A stretch of DNA of 36,539 nucleotides, from NCBI GenBank assembly GCA_050742955.1, contig JBOGDY010000001.1:1-36539 (forward strand), read 5' to 3'. The stretch is from Actinomycetes bacterium (GTDB taxonomy: Bacteria > Actinomycetota > Actinomycetes > JACCUZ01). This document shows positions 1 to 7,882 of this stretch, piece by piece. The notes beneath the pieces were generated by a model. It made no database searches, was not told the DNA's origin, and worked only from the letters and a program-made list of their open reading frames with translations. A program made the translations under genes and the position numbers. How positions within the stretch are numbered: the first letter of the stretch is position 1; the number at the start of each line of letters is the position of its first letter.

Positions 1-36
1 CGGGAGATGAAGTCCTTATAGCGGCAAGGGGGCAGC

Positions 37-67
37 GCGCGGCATCGGTCGTCGACTGATGCCGCGC
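37..67 (+). terminator. GC-rich stem-loop upstream of the sulfatase gene. It may terminate an off-window upstream gene or act as a 5' regulatory hairpin.
   Basis: Perfect 10-bp inverted repeat GCGCGGCATC (37-46) / GATGCCGCGC (58-67) with an 11-nt loop, followed by CTCTT. Confidence 0.3.
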
Positions 68-102
68 TCTTGCGACACATGACGCTTGAGAGAGGTGGAC
101 GG

Positions 103-2466
103 ATGTCCCAGCACCAGTCGACGGGCCGACAGATCCTGCCGATCCACGATCTATCGGGGCCGAGCCTCACGACGTACGACGCGAAGGACCCGGCCACGTC
201 GTACCCGCCCATCGAGCAGCTGCGCCCACCCGCTGGCGCGCCGAACGTGCTGGTCGTGCTGATCGACGACTGCGGCTTCGGCGCGTCGAGCACGTTCGGC
301 GGCCCGATCCACACGCCGACGTTCGATCGGCTGGCCGCCGGCGGGCTCAGGTACAACCGGTTCCATACGACGGCGCTGTGCTCACCGACCCGTCAGGCAC
401 TCCTCACCGGGCGCAACCACCACTCGGTCGGCATGGGCGGCATCACCGAGCTCGCCACCTCGGCGCCCGGCTACAACTCGATCCGGCCCAGGACGATGGC
501 GCCACTGGCCGAGACGCTGCAGCTCAACGGCTACTCGACCGCGCAGTTCGGCAAGTGCCACGAGGTGCCGGTCTGGCAGACGAGTCCGATGGGCCCCTTC
601 GACGCATGGCCCACCGGCAGCGGCTTCGAGCACTTCTACGGGTTCATCGGCGGAGAGACGAACCAGTGGGCGCCGGCGATCTACCAGGACACGGTGCCGG
701 TCGAGCCCGACCGGACGCCCGAGGAGGGCTACCACTTCACCGAGGACATGACCGACCGGGCGATCGACTGGGTCCGCCAGCAGAAGGCACTGATGTCGGA
801 CAAGCCGTTCTTCGTCTACTACGCGCCCGGGGCGACGCATGCTCCGCACCACGTGCCGGCCGAATGGGCGGCCAAGTACAAGGGCAAGTTCGACGACGGC
901 TGGGATGCCCTCCGCATCGAGACGCTGGCCCGCCAGAAGGAGCTCGGCGTGGTGCCACGGGAAGCCGAGCTGACCGCACGCCCACCCGAGATCCCGGCCT
1001 GGGACGACATGCCAGGCGACCTGAAGCCGGTGCTGGCCCGCCAGATGGAGGTATACGCCGGCTTCCTCGAGCACACCGACCACCACGTCGGTCGGCTGAT
1101 CGATGCGCTCGCGGATCTCGACATCCTCGACGACACCCTCGTCTACACGATCATCGGCGACAACGGTGCGTCCGCGGAAGGGACGCCGAACGGCTGCTTC
1201 AACGAGCTCGTCGTCCTGAACGGTGCCACCGGCGTAGAGACCGTCGGGTTCATGGCCTCGCGGATCGACGACTTCGGGACCCCTGCGGCCTACAACCACT
1301 ATGCGGTCGGCTGGGCGCACGCCATGGACACGCCGTACCAGTGGACGAAGCAGGTGGCCTCGCACTGGGGCGGGACCCGGAACGGCACGATCGTCCACTG
1401 GCCGAACCGGATCTCTGCCAAGGGCGAGTTCCGGTCGCAGTTCCACCACGTGATCGACGTCGCCCCCACGATCCTGGAGGTCGCCGGACTCCCGCACCCC
1501 GACTCCGTGAACGGCGTGCAGCAGGCCCCGCTCGAAGGCGTCAGCATGGCCTACTCGTTCGACAACGCGCACGCGGCGGACCGCCACACGACCCAGTACT
1601 TCGAGATGTTCGTCAACCGCGGCATCTACCATCAGGGCTGGACCGCGGTGACCCGTCACAGCGTCCCCTGGGTGATGTCCGACGCGCCGTCGCTGGACGA
1701 CGACGTGTGGGAGCTCTACGGTCCCGACGACTGGACGCAGGCGCACGACCTCTCCGAGGAACAGCCGGAGAGGCTGCACGACCTGCAGCGTCTCTTCCTG
1801 ATCGAGGCGGCGAAGTACAACGTGCTCCCCCTCGACGACCGGCGCGCGGAGCGCTTCAACGCCGACCTGGCCGGACGCCCACAGCTGATCAAGGGCAACT
1901 CGCAGCTGCTCTTCGGCGGAATGGGACGGCTGAGCGAGAACTCCGTCGTCGTCATCAAGAACAAGTCGCACGCCGTCACCGCGCAGGTCCTCGTGCCGGA
2001 GACCGGCGCGAACGGCGTGATCATCGCCCAGGGCGGCGCCTTCGGTGGATGGGCGCTCTACGCGGCGGACGGCCGGCCCGCCTACTGCTACAACCTGTTC
2101 GGGCTGCAGCGCTACAAGGTGTACGGAGACGCGGCCGTCCCGTCCGGCGAGCACCAGGTGCGGATGGAGTTCGCCTACGACGGCGGCGGGCTGGGCAAAG
2201 GGGGCACGGCCACGCTCTATGTGGACGGGGATGTCGTCGGGGAGGGTCGCATCGACGGCACAGTTCCCATGGCGTTCTCGGCCGACGAGACGACGGACCT
2301 CGGCAGCGACAGCGCGACGCCGGTGAGCGACGACTACGGACCGAAGGACAGCGCCTTCACCGGACGCGTGCGCTGGGTGCAGATCGACCTCGGCAAGGAC
2401 GCCGAGGACTCGGACCACCTCGTCTCACCGGAGGAGCGGTACCGCATCGCCATGGCACGCCAGTAG
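103..2466 (+). CDS. Arylsulfatase, type I sulfatase with Cys-type formylglycine motif. It is the long ~790-aa AtsA-like form.
   Basis: ORF 70..2466. It carries the sulfatase signature LCSPTRQALLTGRNHH (C-x-P-x-R) and the N-terminal VLIDDCGFG metal-site region. ATG at 103 follows a GAGAGGTGG SD-like stretch. TTG 70 and ATG 79 are alternative starts. Confidence 0.9.
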   Translation: MSQHQSTGRQILPIHDLSGPSLTTYDAKDPATSYPPIEQLRPPAGAPNVLVVLIDDCGFGASSTFGGPIHTPTFDRLAAGGLRYNRFHTTALCSPTRQALLTGRNHHSVGMGGITELATSAPGYNSIRPRTMAPLAETLQLNGYSTAQFGKCHEVPVWQTSPMGPFDAWPTGSGFEHFYGFIGGETNQWAPAIYQDTVPVEPDRTPEEGYHFTEDMTDRAIDWVRQQKALMSDKPFFVYYAPGATHAPHHVPAEWAAKYKGKFDDGWDALRIETLARQKELGVVPREAELTARPPEIPAWDDMPGDLKPVLARQMEVYAGFLEHTDHHVGRLIDALADLDILDDTLVYTIIGDNGASAEGTPNGCFNELVVLNGATGVETVGFMASRIDDFGTPAAYNHYAVGWAHAMDTPYQWTKQVASHWGGTRNGTIVHWPNRISAKGEFRSQFHHVIDVAPTILEVAGLPHPDSVNGVQQAPLEGVSMAYSFDNAHAADRHTTQYFEMFVNRGIYHQGWTAVTRHSVPWVMSDAPSLDDDVWELYGPDDWTQAHDLSEEQPERLHDLQRLFLIEAAKYNVLPLDDRRAERFNADLAGRPQLIKGNSQLLFGGMGRLSENSVVVIKNKSHAVTAQVLVPETGANGVIIAQGGAFGGWALYAADGRPAYCYNLFGLQRYKVYGDAAVPSGEHQVRMEFAYDGGGLGKGGTATLYVDGDVVGEGRIDGTVPMAFSADETTDLGSDSATPVSDDYGPKDSAFTGRVRWVQIDLGKDAEDSDHLVSPEERYRIAMARQ

Positions 2467-2508
2467 CGGACGGAGCTTCAGCCTGCGGACGGCGCGTCAA
2501 CCCGCCAG

Positions 2509-4035
2509 TCAGCGCACGTCGACCGGGCGAGGCGGGTCCGCCACCGGGGCGGCTTGCTGGTCGGCCGACGCCTCGCCCTCTCCTGTGTCAGCTTCCGCCG
2601 GCCCGGACGCCGCTCCTGCCGCCAGTGTCACGAGGAGCTCGTACGCCCCTAGCAGCACGACCACGACGAGGAGACTGGTCCACGACGAGAGCAGGAAGGC
2701 GACCGCCGCGGCGACGACGACCCCGCCGATCCGCAGGGGATCGAGGTGGGAGCGCGCGAAGTCCGGGCCGTCCGCCACCGCGATGCTCGCGAAGCGTCGA
2801 GTGCCGGCAGCGGTCGACCTGGCTGCGTGCGCGGTCTGCCGGCGCAACCAGATGGCTGCCTTTCCCGGCCCGCTGAGGTAGGCGGCTGCGGCCATGAGGA
2901 TGCCGAGCCAGAGGACTTGCGTTCCGCGTTCCCGCAAGGTCGAGAAGACGATCTGCACCGCCGCGTCGGCCCCTTCCCGGTACACACCGGCGGGCAGCGT
3001 TTCGAGCACCTGGTCCCGGACGACGGCCCGGATGGAGCGCAGCGCCAGTACGAGGAGGGCCAGCCACACGCCGTACTGCAGGATGGTGCGGCGTCGGTGC
3101 GGCGAGATCCACAGCGCCAGGCCCAGCAGGACCAGGGAACCCAGCGCAAACAGCACGATGAATCGCTTGAACGCCACCACGGCGTCCTGCACCGATGCCA
3201 GCTCGTCGCCGCGGTAGATCGTCACTTTGGCGAAGCTGTCCGGAAGCGTCACTCCGAGGGCGGTTTCTATCCGGTTCTCCAGGCCGGGAGGGACCTCGCC
3301 GCTGCTCACCTGCGGCAGGTCGACGGTCTTGCCGAAGATCGTCGGGACCTGCTGCTCGAGCAGGCGCAGGACCTCGTTGACGACCGGCAGCAGGTTCAGA
3401 GTGACCACGTTGCCCGATCGCTGGAGCACTGGGCCCTCGTTGTTGACGATCGCCATGATCCGCTCGTGGGCGAACCGGTTCACCTCGGGCCACAGCTGTG
3501 CGAAGGCTTCGCTGTCGAGCACCCTGCGCACGGAGGTCTGCAGGTAGCTCTCCACGCGGCTGCTCAACGGCTGCGCCAGGAACGCCGCCCGGGGCGGCAG
3601 GACCTCACTGACGCGGGCCGGCACGTCGAGCGAGTCGTAGATCTGCTCGCTCAGGTACGCCGTCATGGCGGCCTTCACCGCAGGGTCCTCTGCCAGCGGC
3701 GTGACGGTCTGAACCCATCGGTCGGTGTTCAGCGTGGTCCGACCCGCCCAGAGGCCGATGACCGACGCGGTCGCGCCGAAGGCGGCGAGAACGACGAGCA
3801 GGGCCGCGATCACCCCACGGGCCGAGCGAAGCCGCCGACCCCTGCGCGCCCGGCTGTCGAGCCGGGCGCGCAAGGCGGCGACCTCCGCCTGGGTCTGCTC
3901 GAGCTCCACGTCGGTGTCGGACGGCGCACCGGGGGGCCGTGGAGCCGGGACCGAGCCCTCAGACCCGGGTGCCGTGCCCGGCGCCGGCGTCTCGCCGGAG
4001 GATGAACGGCCGTTGTCGCTGTCGGACGTAGTCAT
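2509..4035 (-). CDS. Large integral membrane protein of unknown function, with an N-terminal Pro/Ser-rich and coiled-coil region and several TM segments.
   Basis: ORF 2509..4119. An internal ATG (aa 29, coordinate 4035) is preceded by a perfect AGGAGG SD. Hydrophobic helices are visible (e.g. VIAALLVVLAAFGATASVIGLWA, FIVLFALGSLVLLGLALWI, GGVVVAAAVAFLLSSWTSLLVVVVLLGAY). It lies 43 nt downstream of the DUF1269 gene, so the two are probably one operon. Confidence 0.7.
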   Translation of the reverse strand: MTTSDSDNGRSSSGETPAPGTAPGSEGSVPAPRPPGAPSDTDVELEQTQAEVAALRARLDSRARRGRRLRSARGVIAALLVVLAAFGATASVIGLWAGRTTLNTDRWVQTVTPLAEDPAVKAAMTAYLSEQIYDSLDVPARVSEVLPPRAAFLAQPLSSRVESYLQTSVRRVLDSEAFAQLWPEVNRFAHERIMAIVNNEGPVLQRSGNVVTLNLLPVVNEVLRLLEQQVPTIFGKTVDLPQVSSGEVPPGLENRIETALGVTLPDSFAKVTIYRGDELASVQDAVVAFKRFIVLFALGSLVLLGLALWISPHRRRTILQYGVWLALLVLALRSIRAVVRDQVLETLPAGVYREGADAAVQIVFSTLRERGTQVLWLGILMAAAAYLSGPGKAAIWLRRQTAHAARSTAAGTRRFASIAVADGPDFARSHLDPLRIGGVVVAAAVAFLLSSWTSLLVVVVLLGAYELLVTLAAGAASGPAEADTGEGEASADQQAAPVADPPRPVDVR

Positions 4036-4078
4036 GTCGCAGCCTCCTGGCGCGCAGCTCGCACCGCCGACGGCGGCT

Positions 4079-4564
4079 CTACCCGCTGAAGACCGAGCGC
4101 AGCGCTTCCTCCTGGTCACTGTTCAGGTTGGTGAACAGCAACTGGGGCTTGTGGTCGGCGAACGCGTCCTTCACCTTGTCCTGGACGGCGTCCGAAGTCA
4201 TCACGAACAACGCAGACGTCCCAGGCGTCACCTCGTCCCGGGCACTGCGGATGAAGTCGTCGTCGATGCCGACGTCGGCGAGCGAGCCCGACAGGGCGCC
4301 CATCCCGGCACCGATCGCGGCTCCGAGAAGCGGGATGAAGAAGATGAGCCCGAAGAGCATCCCCCAGAACATCCCGCCGAGGGCTCCTGCTCCCACGAGG
4401 CTGTTCAGCTGGCGAGTCTTGGGCTTCTTCTTGTCGACCTCCCAGGAGACGGTCGCCGCGTCGTGGATCTTGATCAGGTTCTGCTTGGCCAGGGACTCCA
4501 GAGTCCCTACAGCCCGGTCGGCACCGTCGGGGCTGTCGAACTTCCACACCGTGAGCGTGGCCAT
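4079..4564 (-). CDS. DUF1269-type membrane protein with a glycine-zipper TM region.
   Basis: ORF 4079..4675. The ATG at aa 38 (coordinate 4564) is preceded by GAGGAGGAGA. The sequence MATLTVWKFDSPDGADRAV...GAGALGGMFWGMLFGLIFFIPLLGAAIGAGMGALSGS is characteristic of DUF1269 proteins. Confidence 0.8.
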   Translation of the reverse strand: MATLTVWKFDSPDGADRAVGTLESLAKQNLIKIHDAATVSWEVDKKKPKTRQLNSLVGAGALGGMFWGMLFGLIFFIPLLGAAIGAGMGALSGSLADVGIDDDFIRSARDEVTPGTSALFVMTSDAVQDKVKDAFADHKPQLLFTNLNSDQEEALRSVFSG

Positions 4565-4768
4565 GTCTCCTCCTCGTCGCGTCAGGCTGGGGCAAGCCTC
4601 GGCGGTCTCGCTCGGGCTCGCCTCACCCACGGCGGGTGAGGGGCCGTCGCCCTTCGTGAGCCAGGCCGCGAGCATTCACCCGCCTCGGGTGACGCCTCGG
4701 GGCCGGGTCTCGTCCAACGTCGTGAACCACCGCGCAAGGGGCTCCGTGCTCCAGCCCGGAGGGACGTC

Positions 4769-5011
4769 ATGCAGAGCTTGAGATACGAGATCAAGGTGTC
4801 GGGCGGGGTCGTGCCGGACTCCCTGCTCGAGCAGTTCCAGGGCATGCAGGCCTCGACGGGGCCGGCGGAGGTCACGCTCTACGGCGACCTCGCGGACCAG
4901 GCGGCCCTGTACGGCTTGCTCAGAGCGATCCGGTCCTCGGGTCTGGTCCTCGTCGATGTGCGCCGTCTCCGGGGCGGTGAGCCGATACCGCCTCAGGTGA
5001 GCCGCGAATAG
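4769..5011 (+). CDS. Small conserved hypothetical protein (80 aa).
   Basis: ATG is preceded by GGAGGG with 5-nt spacing, and GC3 is high. The pattern ...TLYGDLADQAALYGLLRAIRSSGLVLVDVRRL resembles a small protein family common in actinomycetes. Confidence 0.55.
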   Translation: MQSLRYEIKVSGGVVPDSLLEQFQGMQASTGPAEVTLYGDLADQAALYGLLRAIRSSGLVLVDVRRLRGGEPIPPQVSRE

Positions 5012-5114
5012 GCCGGACGTGTCCCGGACTACCCGGCGAGGGTGATCCCCGCGCCGCTCGGCTGGTGTCCTATCCAGCCGGGCGTCACCGAATCGGCGGC
5101 GTCCGGTCCTGGAT

Positions 5115-5342
5115 GTGAAGGGGTTGACCGCTATGACCGGACTCGAGTGGATCCTCTGGATATCGCTGGCGACGCTCTACCTGTTCTGTCTGTTCACCGT
5201 GTGTTCGTTGACCTTCCAGAAGGGCTACATGGTGTTGGGCATCGTGGGCATCGTCCTTCCGTTCCTCTGGTTGATCGGTGCGGTGCTGCCGGCCAAACCG
5301 GGATCCCGCTACGAGGCCACGGAGAGGGCTCGATTCGCCTAG
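5115..5342 (+). CDS. Small two-TM membrane protein (69-75 aa).
   Basis: GTG at 5115 or ATG at 5133. It has two clear hydrophobic helices (WILWISLATLYLFCLFTVCSL, VLGIVGIVLPFLWLIGAVL). GC3 is high even though it sits inside the spurious N-terminal extension of ORF 5042..7711 in another frame. Confidence 0.55.
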   Translation: MKGLTAMTGLEWILWISLATLYLFCLFTVCSLTFQKGYMVLGIVGIVLPFLWLIGAVLPAKPGSRYEATERARFA

Positions 5343-5434
5343 ATTTCCTCCTGGGAGTCGTGGCGCTGGCGAGTCCTGGAACCTGGCCGGCACCGCTGAT
5401 CCGCGTCGGAGTCGATCAGGGGCAGGCGGGTGTC

Positions 5435-7711
5435 GTGAGCTCTTCCGAAGAGCCGGGACACGGGGGTGAGGCAACACCGGCGTCAGCACCGGTGGGCCTC
5501 AGCGAGACCAGGTTCCATCCCCCACGCCAGCGGGCTGGCTGGGTACAGCGCTCTGCCCTGATAGACCGGATTGTCGCCTCCGCGGACCGTCGGCTCGTGC
5601 TCGTTGCCGCGCCTGCGGGTTACGGAAAGACCACGGCCGTTGCTCAGTGGCGTGCGTCCAGCGACACCAGTCGTGCCTTCGCATGGGTTTCGCTGGACGC
5701 TGGCGACAACGACCCAGCACGGCTCTGGTCGCACATCCTGCAAGCCCTCTACCCCATTCTCCCGAGGATGCAGGAACGCGTCTCCGGACTGCTTCGGCGA
5801 CACGGTGAGAACGTCGAGCAGGCGGTGCTGCCCGAGTTGATCGACACGCTCGGGCAAGCGGACCGCCGGCTCGTTCTGCTGCTCGACGACTTTCACTGCC
5901 TGACCGAGATGCGGTGCCAGCGCCAGGTCGACTTCCTGCTCCACAACCTCCCGCCGTTGGCCCAGCTCGTGATCGTGACCCGGGCGGATCCGCTGCTGCA
6001 TCTGGGTCGGCTACGGGTCGAGGACCAGCTTCTGGAGATCCGGGTCGATGAGCTGCGCTTCGGCCCCGATGAGGCCTCGGCGCTCCTGGCGACCCACGGC
6101 GTACGCCTCTCCGACCCTGCGCTGGGACGCCTGGTCGCCGCGACGGAAGGATGGCCTGCTGCCTTGAGCCTGGCCGCCCTCTCCCTGGCGGGCCGTTCCG
6201 ACGCCGACCACCTCGTCGATGACCTGGCCGCCGACAACCGTTACATCGGCGACTACCTCACCGAGGAGGTGCTCGAGAGGGAGGGCGAGGCAGTCCGCAG
6301 GTTCGTCTACTGCGCGTCCATCCTCGAGCGCTTCAATGCGCCGCTGTGTGACTTCCTGCTCGGCACTAGCGACTCCCAGACGCTCATCGAGCGGATCGAG
6401 CACTCCAACCTGTTCCTCGTGCCGCTGGACGGCGAGGGCGGGTGGTTCCGCTTTCACAACCTGTTCGCCACCGTGGCGCGGGCTCGGCTCGCGGCGGCCG
6501 AGCCCGACCTGGTGCCGACCTTGCACAGGCGCGCTGTCGAGTGGTTCAGCCGCGAGGGACTCGTCGACGAGGCCGTCGAGCACGCCTTGGCCGTCGGAGA
6601 CGTCGATGCCACCGTCGCCCTGGTGACGGCGCACCGGATGCGTTACGTCACCGAGGGCAGGATCCTCACCCTGCACGGATGGTTGCGGGCGTTGGGCAGG
6701 CCAGCTCTGGACGCGAACCCGGCGGCCGGGGTCATGACCGCGTGGATCGCTGCGGTGTGCGGGGACCTGCACACGATGGAGGAGCGGCTGAACGCGCTGG
6801 ACCCCGCACCAGACATCGGGCCGTTGCCCGACGGCAGCCCTTCGGTGGAGTTTTCGATCGCGATGCTGCGCGGGTCGTTCGGTTTCGATGGGCCGGTGGA
6901 GATGCTGGCCGCCGCGCGAAGGGCGGTCGTGCTGGCGCCGGATGAAGGATCCCCTTGGTGCGCGTCCGCCCACCTGGTCCTCGGCAATGCCCTGCTCCTC
7001 GTCGGCGACGACGCAGGCGCAGAAGGCTGGCTGCGCCGCGTCCTCGCCAGCACGGTGGCACCGCCGTTGACGCGGATCGCCGCGTTTGCCCTGCTCTCCT
7101 TCGTGGAGCTCGACCGACGGCACGTCGAGGACGGCACGGAGCTGGCCGAGACGTCGCTGCGGATCGCGCAGGAAGAAGGCTTCACCGACACGCCGCAGGC
7201 GTCTCTGGCCTACACCGCGCTCGGCCGCGCGCGCGCCGAGACCGGCCACCTCGAGGATGCGCTTCCCGTTCTCGAGCACGGTCTGGCCCTGCGGCGGCAG
7301 ATGGCGAACCTCAGCCCCTGGCCCACTATCCGCCACGCCCTAGTGATGGCTCCCGTGCTGATGGCGCTCGGCCGGCCGGCTCCGGCGCACGAGCTCGTCG
7401 ACGAGGTCGACCGTCTCCTGGGTCGATGGACCGGCGGGACGGAGGCGCTGCGGGACCAGCTCGCTCGGGTGGAGGAGGCGATGCAGGCCCTTTCGCGGGT
7501 GCGGCCGCGGCCTGTGGCGGAGCCTCTGACCGATCGGGAGGAGTCCGTCCTGCGGCTGCTCCTGAGCAGACTCACCCTGCGGGAGATCGCCGGAGAGCTC
7601 TACGTCTCGCACAACACGGTCAAGACGCATGCGCGGATGGTGTATCGCAAGCTGGGGGCGTCGTCCCGAGCAGAGGCTGTCGACATCGCCCGTAGGCGCG
7701 GGCTGGTCTGA
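5435..7711 (+). CDS. LAL/MalT-type large ATP-binding LuxR-family transcriptional regulator.
   Basis: ORF 5042..7711. It has Walker A AAPAGYGKTT, Walker B-like LVLLLDDFH, a long helical/TPR-like middle and a C-terminal LuxR HTH (LTDREESVLRLL...EIAGELYVSHNTVKTHARMVYRKLG). The start is uncertain: GTG 5435 is chosen, GTG 5492 is also possible. The region 5042-5434 is occupied by the small membrane gene in another frame. Confidence 0.82.
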   Translation: MSSSEEPGHGGEATPASAPVGLSETRFHPPRQRAGWVQRSALIDRIVASADRRLVLVAAPAGYGKTTAVAQWRASSDTSRAFAWVSLDAGDNDPARLWSHILQALYPILPRMQERVSGLLRRHGENVEQAVLPELIDTLGQADRRLVLLLDDFHCLTEMRCQRQVDFLLHNLPPLAQLVIVTRADPLLHLGRLRVEDQLLEIRVDELRFGPDEASALLATHGVRLSDPALGRLVAATEGWPAALSLAALSLAGRSDADHLVDDLAADNRYIGDYLTEEVLEREGEAVRRFVYCASILERFNAPLCDFLLGTSDSQTLIERIEHSNLFLVPLDGEGGWFRFHNLFATVARARLAAAEPDLVPTLHRRAVEWFSREGLVDEAVEHALAVGDVDATVALVTAHRMRYVTEGRILTLHGWLRALGRPALDANPAAGVMTAWIAAVCGDLHTMEERLNALDPAPDIGPLPDGSPSVEFSIAMLRGSFGFDGPVEMLAAARRAVVLAPDEGSPWCASAHLVLGNALLLVGDDAGAEGWLRRVLASTVAPPLTRIAAFALLSFVELDRRHVEDGTELAETSLRIAQEEGFTDTPQASLAYTALGRARAETGHLEDALPVLEHGLALRRQMANLSPWPTIRHALVMAPVLMALGRPAPAHELVDEVDRLLGRWTGGTEALRDQLARVEEAMQALSRVRPRPVAEPLTDREESVLRLLLSRLTLREIAGELYVSHNTVKTHARMVYRKLGASSRAEAVDIARRRGLV

Positions 7712-7882
7712 AGTCACCTGAGGCCGCGTTCCGCAACGGGTCCCAGCCGGAACTGCCGGACAAAGCCGTGCACGGGACCACCACCCCGGCATTCCACTCA
7801 CCCGGATGAAATCTTCTCGCGGGGATGACATCTCACCCCGCACCGAGCGGGAATGAGAGCTGGGCAGTTTCTCGGGAGGACC

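Noticed and set aside
378-2876. Very long alternate-frame and antisense ORFs throughout the window. Examples: 378..2876 +, 382..2418 -, 2746..4005 +, 6011..7336 -, 8720..9757 -, 15716..18328 +, 18588..19688 +, 18917..20437 +, 20534..21871 +, 21909..23207 -, 24425..25630 -, 26537..28186 -, 28153..29031 -, 30431..31147 -, 35096..35920 -.
   Set aside because: Their products are Arg/Pro/Gly/Ala-rich low-complexity strings with no motifs. They overlap frames that carry clear family signatures (sulfatase, P-type ATPase, ABC, GH65 and others). Such stop-free shadow frames are expected in very GC-rich DNA.
4565-4768. The DUF1269 / small-protein divergent intergenic region, searched for a DosR-type box because DUF1269 genes often accompany stress loci.
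   Set aside because: Only very weak matches were found (e.g. GGGGCCGTCGCCC). Nothing is comparable to the island boxes.
7738-7787. GGGTCCC (7738-7744) and GGGACCACCACCCC (7774-7787) upstream of the second LAL gene, considered as further DosR-type boxes.
   Set aside because: Only half-sites match, and the partner halves are poor (at least 2-4 mismatches in 6). GGGACC/GGTCCC hexamers are expected by chance in DNA this GC-rich.
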